Part shown: piece after piece, positions 23,973 to 36,389 of the stretch
Position numbering within the stretch: position 1 is the first letter of the stretch
Layout of the letters: every line of letters begins with the position of its first letter
Source: Glycera tridactyla
Lineage: Eukaryota
Assembly (NCBI GenBank): GCA_965644265.1
Contig: OZ286470.1
Location: 6,386,001-6,450,000 of the forward strand
DNA length: 64,000 bases
Direction of reading: 5' to 3'
Position numbers and translations under genes: made by a program
Notes under the pieces: generated by a model
The model's input: the letters and a program-made list of their open reading frames with translations, nothing else
Database searches by the model: none
What the model was told of the DNA's origin: nothing

Positions 23973-26900
23973 GTAATTCAGGACAGTATTGAGCCTGCCA
24001 TCTACGGTATCCCATCTACTTGATTCTTCAGTGTCTTCGGGTCTTTTGGAAGGAGTGTCCTTGATTTTCATGCCTATGCGATATTATTGTTACGTGACAA
24101 CGACCGATCTGCGCGATCAATCGATAGCTCTGCGCCAACGACCGATCGCTTATTAGCGAAGGAATCGGTAGATGGCGCTGCGCTGTTGGCGGATGTGGAT
24201 GACACGAGATGGCGCGCATACTTCGCCATGACGAAAGTTTGCCGTGAAATCGTAACTTTTCGCACTCAAATTTGGAGGGGATTAATACATTGAAAAATTA
24301 TGACACTCCACTTATGACTTATGCCATCAGAATCCTGTATTTGTTACGCGCCAACGATCGATCTGCGCAATCGGCCGATAGCGCTGCGCCGACGAACGAT
24401 TGGTCGTCGGCGCAGGAATCGGTCGATGGCGCTGCGCCATCAGTAGCTAAAAGTGACTAACTTGCGCGTACTTTGCGATGACAAAAGTTTTGGAGTGAAA
24501 TCGTAACTTTCCACTCATGTTTGGAATGGATGAACACATTGAAAAATTATGAAACTTCGGTCGAATAATCGTATGACTCATGTTATTAGAACCCCGTATT
24601 CGCTTTTGTTGTATATTGTGCGGTTGCAGAAATATCCAGCATCAAAGTTGAGAAGCCGGTGAATGGAAAACAAGATGGCGGCCATTGTTTACATCAGAAA
24701 CCGCCGATTTTCGGCCACAATATCACGAGAATTAATGCATAGAAATCAACCAAATCCTGCCAGTTGTTCAACCTGGCCCTGACGTTATTATATCCGCATT
24801 CTACATACTGCAATCTGTCACTTTGTCTTATATCGATCGATTGTGGCGCCAACGAGCGATCCGTCGTTGGTGCTGCGCGATCGCTTGATGGCGCGTAACA
24901 TATTCACTTTTGTTGTATATTGAGCGGTTGCTGGAATATCCAGCATCAATGTTGAAAGCGGGGTAGTGAAAAAACAAGAAGGCGGCATTTGTTCACATCT
25001 GAAACCGCAGACTTTTCAACCGCAATATCACAAGAATTAATTCATAGAAATTGACCAAATCCCGCCAGTTGATCGATTGTTGCGTGATCATACCACCAAC
25101 AAGCGATTGGTCGTTGGCGCTGCGCAATCGCTCATTGGCATTGCGCGATCACTCAATGGCGCCTAACATTATCAGATTATGGCGGAAGGCATAAAGCGTT
25201 TATCCTGTCCATGACTGGATTCTCAAATAACTCGGTACACCTGATCATCATATTAGACATGTTGCGAGTTAAACCTGCCATGCTTGAATGATTTCCTGCC
25301 AAATGGTGGCCTCTGATTAATGATTCGTGTCAAGCCCATAACGTTGCCATCTATGATTGGATTTTCATATGTGTTTGTACAAATGATCATCATATGAAGA
25401 CGACATGTCGAGTGTAAAAACTGTGCTGCTCATTCAAATGTCGAGGTCTCAGCGGAGGCATCTGTGTCCTATGGTCACCTTTCTAGTTTGAACATGAAAT
25501 TTTGACTGATGGAAGGGGTTGCGGTCTCCTTGCGACTGGTGACTTCATCATACAAATGACCATCATATGAAGATGATGTGTTGCGAGCAAAAACCATCAT
25601 GCTTGAGTGATTTCCTGCCAACTGGTGGCCTCTGGTTGGTTCATTCATGTCCAGCCCATAAGTCTGTCTTCCATGACTGGATTTTCAAATAAATTGTTAC
25701 ATATGACCATCATATGGAGACGATGTGTTGCAAGAAAAAACCATCATGCTTGAGTGATTTCCCATCAAATGGTGGCCTCTGATTGGTTGACTCATGTCCG
25801 GCCCATAACTTCACCATCCAGGACTATATTTTCAAAACATTTGGTACACATGTTTGCCATATTGAGATGATAGATTGCAAACATAAACCGTCACGCTTGA
25901 GTGATATCCTGCCAAATGGTGGCCTCTGATTGGTCCGGCCCATAACCTTGCCATCCATGAATGGATTTTCAAATAAATTGGTACATATGACCATCATATG
26001 AAGAGACAATGTGTTGCAAGGAAAAACCATCATGCTTGAGTGAATTCCCGGCAAATAGTGGCCTCTGATTGGTCAATTCTTGTCTGGCCCACAACTTGGT
26101 CTTTCACGATTTGATTTTCAGATATGTATACAGTGAAACCTGTCTTAAGTGAAAAGTCACGGGACCAAATTTTTCTTTCACTTAAGACAGGATTTTGCTT
26201 AGCGCAGGACAATCATAGTGAGAAAAAAACAACTGGACCGATTGTGGGGTATGTGCTTAAGACAGGATTTTGCCTAGCGCAGGTTTCACTGTATTTGTAC
26301 AAATGATCATATGAAAAAGACATGTGGAGTGCAAAAACTGTGTTGCTCACTCTAATGTTGAGGTCTCAGCAGAGGCATCCGTGTCTTATGGACACCTTTA
26401 TAGTTTGATATAATTTGAAATTTGATCTGACTGATGGAAGGGGTTGCGCTCTCCTTGCGACTTGTGACTTCATCATACATCATTACTTCATGTGTTCTTA
26501 CCCAAAGTCCCAACCTGGCGGTAATGTTTTCTTCCTTGGCGTTGCAAATAAGCCTAGGTTCGAAACAAAACTCAATGGTTGGCTTTGTTTACATCTTTGT
26601 CAACTAGAAATGTGATCATCTTGATGCTCACCTGTATATTTCACCCAAACATGTCAGATATGGTATGTCAATTTCACCGGGTGAGTGATGGACATTTCCT
26701 CCTTGATTCACATACACAGTTGAAACTCCTCTAAAGACCACTATAAAGGCCATCTCTGAGCTGCGACCGTGCCAATATTTGACAGTAAATGACCTCTATA
26801 AAGACCACATCCCTATGAAGACCACTTCTTCATGCAACCGAAGGCGATCTTTTTAGAGAAGTTTCACCTCACCTGAATATAAATTTTTGTAGCATCACCG

Positions 26901-29658
26901 ACAATACCAACTATTGTGCCGTGGAGATGCAATTGAATGAGGGCAAGTCCAAACAATGAGCTCGCTGCTGGTGAAATTACACATTCAGCTCAACCTTGTC
27001 ACATTCTATCATATCTGTGAATTTATTCACTTTTCTGGCATTTAGTCTACAACAGTATTTGTGGGCAATTCTTTGTGATACTTCTAAAAATGTGATCAAA
27101 AGGCATGAAAAAAACAATTGTTGATTTGAAACATGGGCAAGCCGGAAAGCTCAATATAGGTGCATGTTCAACTGTGCATGCCAACCCAGTGCCTGCCAAC
27201 TGGGATATCAAAGGCCAGCCGTGTGTATAAGAGTATATCCCTGTATGCACAGAGAACTATTGCTGTCCTTCGCAAAGAGTAGGGAATTGCTTGCGGCAGC
27301 AGTGTTATGACCCCAAAAGTTTGATAGGATGTCAAGCTCCACGAAATAAACCATCCATCCATCCATCAACCCATCCGTTCACCCAACCACCCATCAACCC
27401 ATTCACTAACCTAACCAACCATCAACAACTCTATCAACCAGTGCATGCTTATTTGAATATCAAAGGCTGGCCATGTGTATGGGAGTCTATTCCCGTATGC
27501 AAGTCCTTTGCAAAGAGTACAGACTGCCCACGGCAGTGGTGCCTATTTTCTTCAGCATTTCTGATACGCTGATCGCTCATCATCCCAACTACCCATCAAT
27601 CCATCCACCCACCCATCAACCCGATCATCCTTCAACCCAACCACCCACCAAGCCATACATCCATCCAATAATTCCCTACATCAACCCATTCATTGATCCT
27701 TCTGCCATGTAGTCCCTTGAGTCAAAAATATTTTCAGAAATTTCTACTGAAATGAAATGCAACAAATGAGTCAGAGGTGGACAAGATGCCAGCTGTCATG
27801 CAGAATTGTTTCTATTGTAACTGTTGTTCAAGATATCACCCAATAAGCACTTTGAAAACTAATTTTTGATCTTGAAGAAAAACATCTAAGCAAGTAGCAG
27901 TTGTTGATATATAGAACATAGTGAAGTTGGCCTCTACCCCTCCGAAGAAGCCACCACTTTTGTTACTTTGGTGACCTTTAGGGTGGTTTAGGAACAGCAG
28001 GATCTTTTTGCTGCATTAATCAGTTAACTTGTTTGTTTTGTCACCTTATTATTCACTTCTTCCCACGGAAACTCCGGTTAGAGATCCAAATACCTCATTT
28101 TGTATATATAGAGCTCTTTTTTCCAAACACTGGAATTTCTGTGTTTTTATAGTTTGGGTGGTGTAGCGATCGCATACAGTCATATCAAGCTGTTGGATCG
28201 TCGTGGTCATGTGGACGGATCGCAGCCTTATATCCATTTCAACATTAAGGCGGACTTCATAGTATTCAAACCAACTATTGGATGCACACTGCAGGTTAGT
28301 GCCAGATAGGCCAAACAGTATGATTTCTTGAGTACTTAATGAATACTCTTTTTGATGAGCGATGATGTGGTTGCTGAGTAACACTCATCTTTGACTAATT
28401 ACCAGTTCTCTCCATAGATCAGCATTTTTATGTCTTCCCCCCCGGGTGGGGGAGACATAGATTTCATACTGTCCGTCTGCCTGTCACAGATATTGTGAGC
28501 ATGATTGCGGCAAAACTACTTATCCAAATTTGGTAAGCATGCCCCTTGGGAGGTCCATTGAACTAGATTTTGGTCCATGTGACATAATTTTCGAGGTCAC
28601 CAGGGGCCAGAAATTTGGCCACCATAAAGGTACAAATTTGATCAAACTCTTGTCTGTATTGTGACCTCTCCGAAATGACTTGGCTTTCCATTTACAGTGA
28701 AACCTGTCTTAAGCAAAAAGTCACGGGACCAAATTTTTCTTTCACTTAAGACAGGATTTTGCTCAGCGCAGGACAATTATAGTGAGAAAAAAACAACCGG
28801 GCCGATTGTGGCGTATGTGCTTAAGACAGGATTTTGCCTAGCGCAGGTTTACTCTCGAGCAGGTTTCACTGTATTGTTATGTAAGATCCTTCGGTAATTG
28901 ATAGTGCTCCTTTGTCCCTCTCTAATGACTGTCGTTGATTTCATCCACTGCTTGCTCAAACAAGTACAAACCCCATTGCCTTCCCTGTATGGGTGTGTGT
29001 GTGTGTGTGTGTCAGGGCTCCCACGCGCCCGGGAAACCGGGAAAAGCCCGGGAATCGGCAAATCGGCGTTCCCGGTCGGGAAAAGCCCGGGATTTTGCTA
29101 AATCGCCCGGGAAATCCCTCAAAATCCCGGGAAAATCCCTAAAATTGCGTGAAACTCAACGAAATCGGCGCCTTGATCATGGACATGGATTCAATCGTCA
29201 CTTTGACGAAACACAAACATTCGAGCAACGGCTGGTGTCTTGTTACGACCCCGGGGATGAGTGAAGAATAAAGAACGTCTCGGGGGAGTAACATGAACAA
29301 AGACGGCTGTGTATTGACCATTAGATTGGCTGATAATCGCTAATCCGACTGGTTAATTGCACTTGACAGAACGCCGGTTCAAAAGCTGCACGCATGATAC
29401 ACGGGATGCTCGTAAAAACGTCTTCTGCGCATCTTGTTTTCACGTTAGTTTCCGATAATTCCGTCGTAGGGCGCTTTTCGCGATTCGATCGCAGCGCCAC
29501 TCGGCGGGATCGATGTGAACTATCAGCACCTTACGTTTTGGCCGAAAATTTGAATGCTATCGTGACCGTGTCAGACTGACGACGTAGCCCGGGAAAAATG
29601 GCCATTTTAGCCCGGGAAAAGCCCGGGAATTTCATTCGTCCAAAAGTGTGGGAACCCT

Positions 29659-29734
<76 letters not shown>

Positions 29735-32700
29735 CGCATATGTATGTGCTCCTTGCTACCTGTAGGTACCCAACGGCTACCATACCTGGAATCTTGGTAT
29801 CCAATTGCTGTTAGCAATTTGAGTTATGCCTTCCATTGTCATTCCTTCTGTTCCTGTTTTTCAACATGGAATATACTGTTATATATCCTGACTTGTAGGC
29901 AGTCATCAACAAGGTTGGCCGGGATTACTTGGGATGCTTAGTTCACGATCGTTTTAATGCGTCTATTCCTCGCATCGAGGCGGCCAATGTTCCTGCAAGC
30001 AGTCTTGTCATCGGCCAGGAGTTCATCTTCGATGTTGTCAAGATATATCCCCAGAATGGGATGATCTCACTACGTGGAACTCTGCGACCAGACAGGTGAG
30101 CTATAACAGTCTTCACAAAATACTCTTTCAGCCACTTTCCTGTCGGGAGAGCAGACTGGAAAAATCACTCTCCACAGGATAAGTTCACTCTCCCTAATTT
30201 GTTCGAAAAGTGCAAGGAAAACAAGCTCAAAATGGGCTATCTTCAGAGTAAGTGCATTTTGCTCAGGTTTGTACTTCATAATAAACCATGTGCAGGTATA
30301 TGCAAAGTCATCTTGCATGAAATAGAATTTTTTGGCTCGCATGTGAAGCGAAATGCGAGTCTATGTAATGATGCAGGTGGTCTGTCTGTTTGGTTGCGTC
30401 TGTCCGTCTGTCCGTCTGTCTAGCTATCACTTCGTAGAACGTAAACTTTTTGGTTAAAGTTTTGCGTACAAGTTTTTCACTGAGGCCTAACTCGGTTAAT
30501 ATCGCACCTACAATCTTGAAATTTGGTACACATTTGCATTAGTAATTGGACAACAACTCTGCAGCATTATTTTCCACATTCAATCCCATATAATTGGGTA
30601 ATTTTGAGGTAAAAGAAGACTTTTTCATTTGTGAGTTTGGATTTTTTTGAGACAGCAGAACTCATTAACTCTGTCTGGATTGTGTAAGACCCCTCCGAAA
30701 TAGACACATTCTCTTGGCTGTCCTTCCATTGTTGGGGAAGACTCTCCCGGTGACTCTTTTGTTCTTGGCTGTGTTACATAATAGTCTAATCAGTTCCATA
30801 CACCGATTGCTACCTGGACCTAAGTTCACTTTCTCATACATACACTAGTATGCATGTCAGTTTATTTGCTCCCTCAAGCATAGCAGAGGTAGATGGACCT
30901 CATTTCACTTTCTCATACAGTAAAACCTGCTCGAGTGAAAACCTGTGCTGGGTGAAATCCTGTCTTAAGCACATACGCCATGGACCGCCCAACTGTTTTT
31001 TTCATTATAATTGTCCTGGATTAGGCAAAATCCTATATAACCTGAACAATGAAACACCATTTTTGGTCCCGTGGTGCCTTCCATCCTGTCATAAGTGAAA
31101 AGTGAAGTTGAGATCAGCTCAATTGTGAGCAGTTCTACATTGCTTATTGCAGGTAATCACTACCATTTAGGCCAGTGGCTGGTCACATTAGAGAGGTGAT
31201 CGCTTGTCACAGGTCATTTAAGAAGTATTTGGTATTTTGGCAAAAAGCGATCGTTCAAGAAAGGTGATCGCTCATGACAGGTTTCACTGTATTTCTTATC
31301 CATATTAGACAAACTGTAGTGAAATCCTGTGCTAAGTGAAATCCTGTCTTAAGTGGAAATTTTTTTTTGGTCCCGTGACTTTTCACTTAAGACAGGTTTT
31401 ACTATACATACACATGTATGGGTGGGGGGTGCGGCCAGGGTTGGGGGAAGGGTGTGTGGGGCCAGGGGGGGAGCGTAGGGGAAGATTGAGGGATTGGTGG
31501 GGTTTGGTTCCGGTGGTGGGGGTGGGGTAGGGGGAGAGGCCAGGATGGGTGGGGTAAGGGCCGGGAGTGGGGAGGGTGGTGGTGGAGATGGGTGGGGTGG
31601 TGGTGGGGGAAGGGTGGGGTGGGGTTGGGAAGGTAGGGCAGAGCTGCATCCAGGCCGCGCCTTGGCGGGATTTACGCAAGAAAACAAATATTGGCATGAT
31701 CCGAAGACTATAGTGCGCCAACTTCTAAGCTTTTATCGAAATATCTACGCAATTCAAAAGAACGAAGCGCGCAACAAACTTGTATTTCATCATGTTTAAT
31801 CTGATAAAATCTGGCGATAAGTCTCGCGGCAGCATTAGCTCAAGGTGTAATGACGACGGCGATTTGTCTTCTCAATTCTGATTGGCTAGTAGAAGCGTAA
31901 CCGGTCGATCTCAGCCAATCAGCGTGCGTGTTTCAAACGGCTTCAAAGTTCGCAGTTCGCTGAATATCCGTGAGATGGCAAACATTCATCGAATGAAACA
32001 AATTTTCGCAGCGCCACCCCGTGTTGTGAGCGGCGATATTTCGGAACTATTGACGGGTTGGAGAAGGATCACCAAATATTAGCCTAGACATTGTTTTGGC
32101 AGGGAAATGTGTTCTGTGACGATTTTTGCGCCATTATAAATTCAGTCTTTCTGTTGGCCCCAATTTTTCAGGATTAGTGCCATGTTTTCTACAAATGGGG
32201 CAAATTGGCCCAAAATTGGCCCAACTTGATGAATTCCTGGATGCAGCTCGGTAGGGGCTGGGAATGGGTGGGGTATGGGCCAGGGTTGGGGGTATTGGGG
32301 TTGGTGTGTGGGGGAAGGGTGGGGTGTTGGGGCACACACACACACAGATGTGTCCCCTTTCGACGAGCGGCGTGCATGCGAGCCTTTTGTGCATTTATGC
32401 CTTGTTGTTGTTGGAATCAAAACCACGTGGTACACTTCTGTCTTAAAAAAAATTCATAACTTTATGGTCAATTGAAAAATTTACACTCTCCCATCGGTAG
32501 ATTGAGTCTGGTCTTTTCACTCTCTCCCGAAACCGGGATTTGCAGGCATGTGATTCTTCAGGAAAAAACCTGAAATCAGGTTTTTTTGGAGTGAAAAGTG
32601 CGGTCAGGGAGAAACTATTTCTGTCATTGCAGGGAGAGCAGAGGCTCATATGATGTGATTTCAGGGCATGTCCCATATATTTCCTCCTTTAAATCTCATA

Positions 32701-34202
32701 ATGATACAGCCATGGCATTTTTGAGCATGTATTAATAAGCCTGACTGATCAGTAAGGCTCTTTGTCAGTGTTATACGCAATATTTCAGGTTTTTTTGTGT
32801 TGACCAAATCACATCCCTGGATTTGGGAGAGTGGCTAAATTCGGAGACTGCTATCAAAATAAAAGAACCTGCTTTCAGAGACCTCCATAGGGGAAAGACC
32901 ACTTGTTTTGAGAGAGCACTTTCAAAAAGTCCCCATCCTTCTTGATTCATTCAAATACACCTCCAAAAAGAAAGCATTTGTTTTTTTTGGCCAGTGTGGT
33001 TGTCACTGAGAGTGGTCTCTTGTCACAGAATTTGATGATGAGGTGAATTCAGGAGAGTCAGTGTCCATTATAGTGTTGCAGTATTTTGAATTTCAAAGCA
33101 GACTTAGCTGCAATGAGAGAACAATCGACCAGCAAATAAAACATTTTCTATTCATGCAAACTTCAACGACATTTCACCAAGATTGATGAAAAGACAGATC
33201 AGTCATGTTGGGAAAATAGTCAGCCAGAAACAAATGCTTAGTACAGACTGTGCATAGCTCATCAGACTATGATGAGAAAACATGGATGATCATTAAAAGC
33301 GCCATATCTGATGAAATTGATAGGACTATCATGAATATTAGTGGAAAAATTGAGGATTAGCTACAATCTTGCTGGAAGTTGTTCATAAAATAAACAGATT
33401 TCATCAGACAAATGTTGGCATCCAAAACTGTTGAGAGCTAGTGAGCTCCAGACATCAGGCAATATTTTGAGTCATTACTGACTGGCTCCTAAAGTTTGAA
33501 CGGCAGGGGCCATTCTGGCTCGTGAATATCTCGGACGATGTGAAGCCCGTTCTTGGGAAATTTTTTCTCACCTCCACAATAATGTGAACATGTTTGTTTT
33601 TTAGTTTTACATCTGGTGCTGCGTCTGTGCGTGGCTTGAAGAGGAAGGCCGAGGAGTTGGATCTCGCCGCGCTCTCCATGGATAGCGCATTATCACAGGA
33701 GAGTGACCAAACAACAGAACCCCGCAAACACAAACGCAAGAAGAAAGACAAGGTCGCGGCTGTACTTGATTTTAGCCCATCTCCTATTGCAATGAAGAAA
33801 CCCCAGGAGGTGGAGGAGGAAGGCAGTCACAAGAAGAAGAAGAAAAAGAAGAAGCGCGAGTTAGAAGCCGAGTCGGCGTCACCCACACTACCTCCACGTC
33901 CACTTGATAGCGATGGGAGTGACCCTTCCCATGCCACCATCGATTCAGGAATAGAGTTACAGCTTCATTCAGAATCAGAAAAGCATAGTAAGAAATCGAA
34001 GAAAAAACGTAAACGAAAAGATTCTTCTGATACGGAGTTGAATGGAGATACAGGTGAGCAAGTATCTGAGATGGACAGTAATCTACAGACTCCCGGAAAG
34101 TCGACAAATTCAATATCTGACCCTGATGGTTTATTAGAAGAGCACTCCACAAGTGGGAAGAAACATAAAAAGCATAAAAAACACAAAAAACATAAAGATT
34201 AA
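23797..34202 (+). CDS. POLR1F: RNA polymerase I subunit RPA43 (POLR1F/TWISTNB), complete: join(23797-23972, 28153-28294, 29899-30095, 33605-34202), 370 aa
   Basis: Exons give ...HIALHPKYIGRVKDGLREFLD..., LGGVAIAYSHIKLL...YIHFNIKADFIVFKP, AVINKVGRDYLGCLVHDRFNASIP and a Lys-rich tail, as in RPA43. Lengths 176+142+197+598=1113 nt, in frame, all GT-AG. Confidence 0.95.
24068..26485 (+). mobile_element. Composite Helentron-associated (HINE-like) repeat cluster in POLR1F intron 1
   Basis: 254-bp x2 and 304-bp x2 CGATCG-rich duplications, then GGCGGAAGGCATA...CTGTCC, ~147-bp core repeats, and two similar 3'-end modules (about 25508-25545 and 26432-26475). Confidence 0.5.
26131..26291. mobile_element. 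pogo/Tigger-like MITE (family A)
   Basis: TA|CAGTGAAACCTG...CAGGTTTCACTG|TA, inserted into a core repeat unit. Confidence 0.9.
28153..28294 (+). CDS. POLR1F: POLR1F exon 2
   Basis: TTTATAG|T TTG GGT GGT...CTG CAG|GTTAGT; LGGVAIAYSHIKLLDRRGHVDGSQPYIHFNIKADFIVFKPTIGCTLQ. Confidence 0.93.
28425..28915 (+). mobile_element. HINE/DINE-1-like element with a nested family-A MITE
   Basis: TTTTTATGTCTTCCCC...GGGGAGACATA stem-loop, CTGTCCGTCTGCCTGTC microsatellite, AAATTTGGTA core motif. Confidence 0.6.
28695..28871. mobile_element. pogo/Tigger-like MITE (family A)
   Basis: TA flanks, CAGTGAAACCTG TIR; near-identical to 26131-26291 and 48381-48557. Confidence 0.9.
29013..29659. mobile_element. CAGGGTTCCCAC-family non-autonomous element inserted in a (TG)n microsatellite
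   Basis: 12-bp TIR with one mismatch; eight subterminal CCCGGGA motifs; GTGTGT on both flanks; second copy at 57439-58366. Confidence 0.88.
29899..30095 (+). CDS. POLR1F: POLR1F exon 3 (OB-fold part)
   Basis: TTGTAG|GCA GTC ATC AAC AAG...GAC AG|GTGAG; AVINKVGRDYLGCLVHDRFNASIP...ISLRGTL. Confidence 0.93.
30330..30765 (+). mobile_element. HINE/DINE-1-like element
   Basis: TTTTGGCTCGCAT...ATGCGAGTC stem-loop and (CTGTCCGT)n; 5' region homologous to the reverse strand of about 57300-57428. Confidence 0.6.
30918..31404. mobile_element. Family-A MITE pieces flanking a family-B MITE
   Basis: Left part at about 30918-31040 and right part at about 31315-31404 match the two halves of 48381-48557. 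Confidence 0.65.
31639..32250. mobile_element. CAGAG(C/T)TGCATCCAGG-family non-autonomous element with probable 6-bp TSD
   Basis: TIR GAGCTGCATCCAGG at both ends; GTAGGG on both flanks, assuming a 1-bp loss in the right TIR; relative at 48769-49266. Confidence 0.75.
33605..34202 (+). CDS. POLR1F: POLR1F exon 4, Lys/acidic low-complexity C-terminal tail
   Basis: TTTTTTAG|T acceptor fits the phase-2 donor of exon 3. Within ORF 33594-34202, with poly-Lys tracts like the human RPA43 tail; TAA at 34200-34202. Confidence 0.88.
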
Positions 34203-35199
34203 TAAGAAATACTGATCATCCTATATTGTTTCTCTGTTCTATTCATACCAGATTTGGCTCACTGATTGTATCTCTGGGCCAACAGTGATGGACTCCCATG
34301 TCTTAGAATGGTGGCCTTTTTCACAGAGTGTGTTGTATGTGTGTCCCGAAGGAAGAATCACTGCATATTGCAGGGATGTTATTGTTCTTCCGATTTCCAG
34401 GTTTCTGTTCACAAATGCTGCAATCCATGCATATGTGTCAAATAAGAGCATTTTATACAGATTTTTTTGAATTTTAGATTATGAAAATCGGACCAGAATT
34501 AGTGGATAGGGCACAGTTATAGTATTCAACAGTTAGCGGTTGTAGGGGTTTCTTGGTCCACAAAATCCTGGTGATAAGTGCCTCTGGTCAGGTTTTCAGG
34601 GTTTTGGGTCATGAGCCAATCACATTCCTGAAGTTGTCTCACAGTTGGTAGTTCATCCAAACTGTTTTTATGAGCCAATCTGTTTAGTTGGTGGGAGGCA
34701 AGGAAAGCTAACCTTGCCCGCAAATTCTGATGGTACATGGCATTTGAATCCCTCTGGCCATTTAAACATCCCACAACAGCATTGCTAGACAGCTTCTGTC
34801 TTGCAGGTCAGATAGATAGATAGATTTGAATTAATGGCAACCAACAGTTTCTGTTAATGTTTGTAACTTGCATTATTGCAGAAAAGAGATGAAGATAGTA
34901 TTATCTGCAATTATGTTTTACGGTCACAAACGTGCCCTGTGAAAGTTCATGAATACTCCAAAATGGCTTTATGGCTCTTCAGGAAATTTGGTCAAGGGCC
35001 ACTTTCATCACTGATGATAATTGCTCTTCGTGGGCCAGCAATTTGGCTATTTAAGCATAATATTACTTTCACAAATGGACATCATTACAGAGGTATGAAT
35101 TTTGCTGTGACTCTCACCTCATTTCCATCAACTGACGACGTTTTAGACATTGAATCTGCTTGTCAACTGTTGGGCCCCAATTAAGGAACAGCAGCAAGT

Positions 35200-35525
35200 G
35201 TCAGATCAGACTGCATCAAAGCTATCGAACGAGACCCTCGACCCAAACCCAACATCTCTTAAAGAAGAGCAGAGTGCTTAGAAGAACTTGAGTACAAACA
35301 AGAACATCATGATTCTCGCAGCAGATATAGGGAGGTCGATCATGGTGGTGAACACAGGGCTATAAAGCCAAAGATGGAACCACCTACAAGAAACCGCAGA
35401 TGATCCCACTCCCAAATACACCGATGAACTTGTCGAGAAACTTCAGGAGTTGAAGGAAGCAGGCTCAATCAATGACCAGATGTAAAGCAACTGTACCCAT
35501 CCAACTGTGTAATCCCTTGTTTCTA
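35200..35525 (+). mobile_element. Degenerate Penelope-like element RT fragment
   Basis: Across stops and frameshifts it reads PKPNIS/EEQSA*KNLSTNKNIMILAADIGRSIMVVNT/DPTPKYTDELVEKLQELKEAGSIND/KQLYPS...PCFY, resembling the PLE RT N-terminal motifs (ILPADKG, DPT). Confidence 0.7.
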
Positions 35526-35702
35526 TTTATGTATGCCGTGTGTTCCTGGTCAATGAAAGCTAGATGTTCTCTCCTCTGCAGACATCACTCTCACAAACCC
35601 TGATCACAAGATGATGGGGAACCTGGAAGGTTGTCAAGCAACTACTGGCAGTGCTACACTGAAATCGACCCTGCTACTATTTCTGTCCATGCAGATATAC
35701 CG

Positions 35703-35870
35703 CAGGGTTTGCACAGGCCTTGAAAATAGTCTGGCCTAGAAAATGCCTCTAAAAAGCATTGAATTTGGCTACAGTTGAGGCAATTAGGCCTTGAAAATGG
35801 TCCCCTTAGGCCTTGAAAAAATGTCTAGCCTGGAAAAACCTTGAATTTGGTCACATGCGAGTCCTCAGGG
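35703..35870. mobile_element. Degenerate CAGGG-type MITE with CCTTGAA subterminal motifs
   Basis: CAGGGTTTGCAC start and repeated CCTTGAA; right end decayed. Confidence 0.55.
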
Positions 35871-36227
35871 CTCAGAACTGTATTGATGCTGATGATTGTG
35901 TACATTACCATTGTCTTTGTTTAGAATTGCTCCAACATGCGAGCCTATCTTTTACTTGGAATATCAACTAGAAATCAAATTGCAGTGGTGACAATTGTAA
36001 TTATGGAGGAATGCAAATACTACTGCACAATTGTGAGAGCTACCAAGAGATAATTTAGCCTTGAAAAGCATGTCCCGGGTCTTATGAATTCCTCGAATTT
36101 AGTGATGAAGTGGCTGTATGAATCCTGCACCTCTCCCTGAATATGGTGAACCTAAAAATGGCGTATCTGGGTTGAAGCGGACACTTAAGCCTCATAGCAT
36201 TACTTCCATTTTTAGCAAAATGCAGTA

Positions 36228-36389
36228 CAGTGAAACCTGTCTTGGGAGACCACCCTCTAATGAGAGACCGCTCTTCATCGGCTCTTCTCTATTTAACATA
36301 GTCAAATATACCTCCAATGAGATACCACCTGTCTTGAGAGACTGCTTTCCTTTGGCGTTTGGGGCAGTCTATCAAGACAGGTTTTACTG
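36228..36389. mobile_element. pogo/Tigger-like MITE (family B)
   Basis: TA flanks; similar to 3207-3384. Confidence 0.85.

Noticed and set aside
33605-34202. Lys-rich POLR1F tail as a novelty
   Set aside because: A comparable Lys-rich tail is a known feature of animal RPA43.
30333-35945. 10-bp inverted match TGGCTCGCATG/CATGCGAGCC that would place the POLR1F last exon inside a Helentron
   Set aside because: No 3' hairpin follows 35945, and the 30330 element has its own apparent end near 30765; probably a separate relic or chance.
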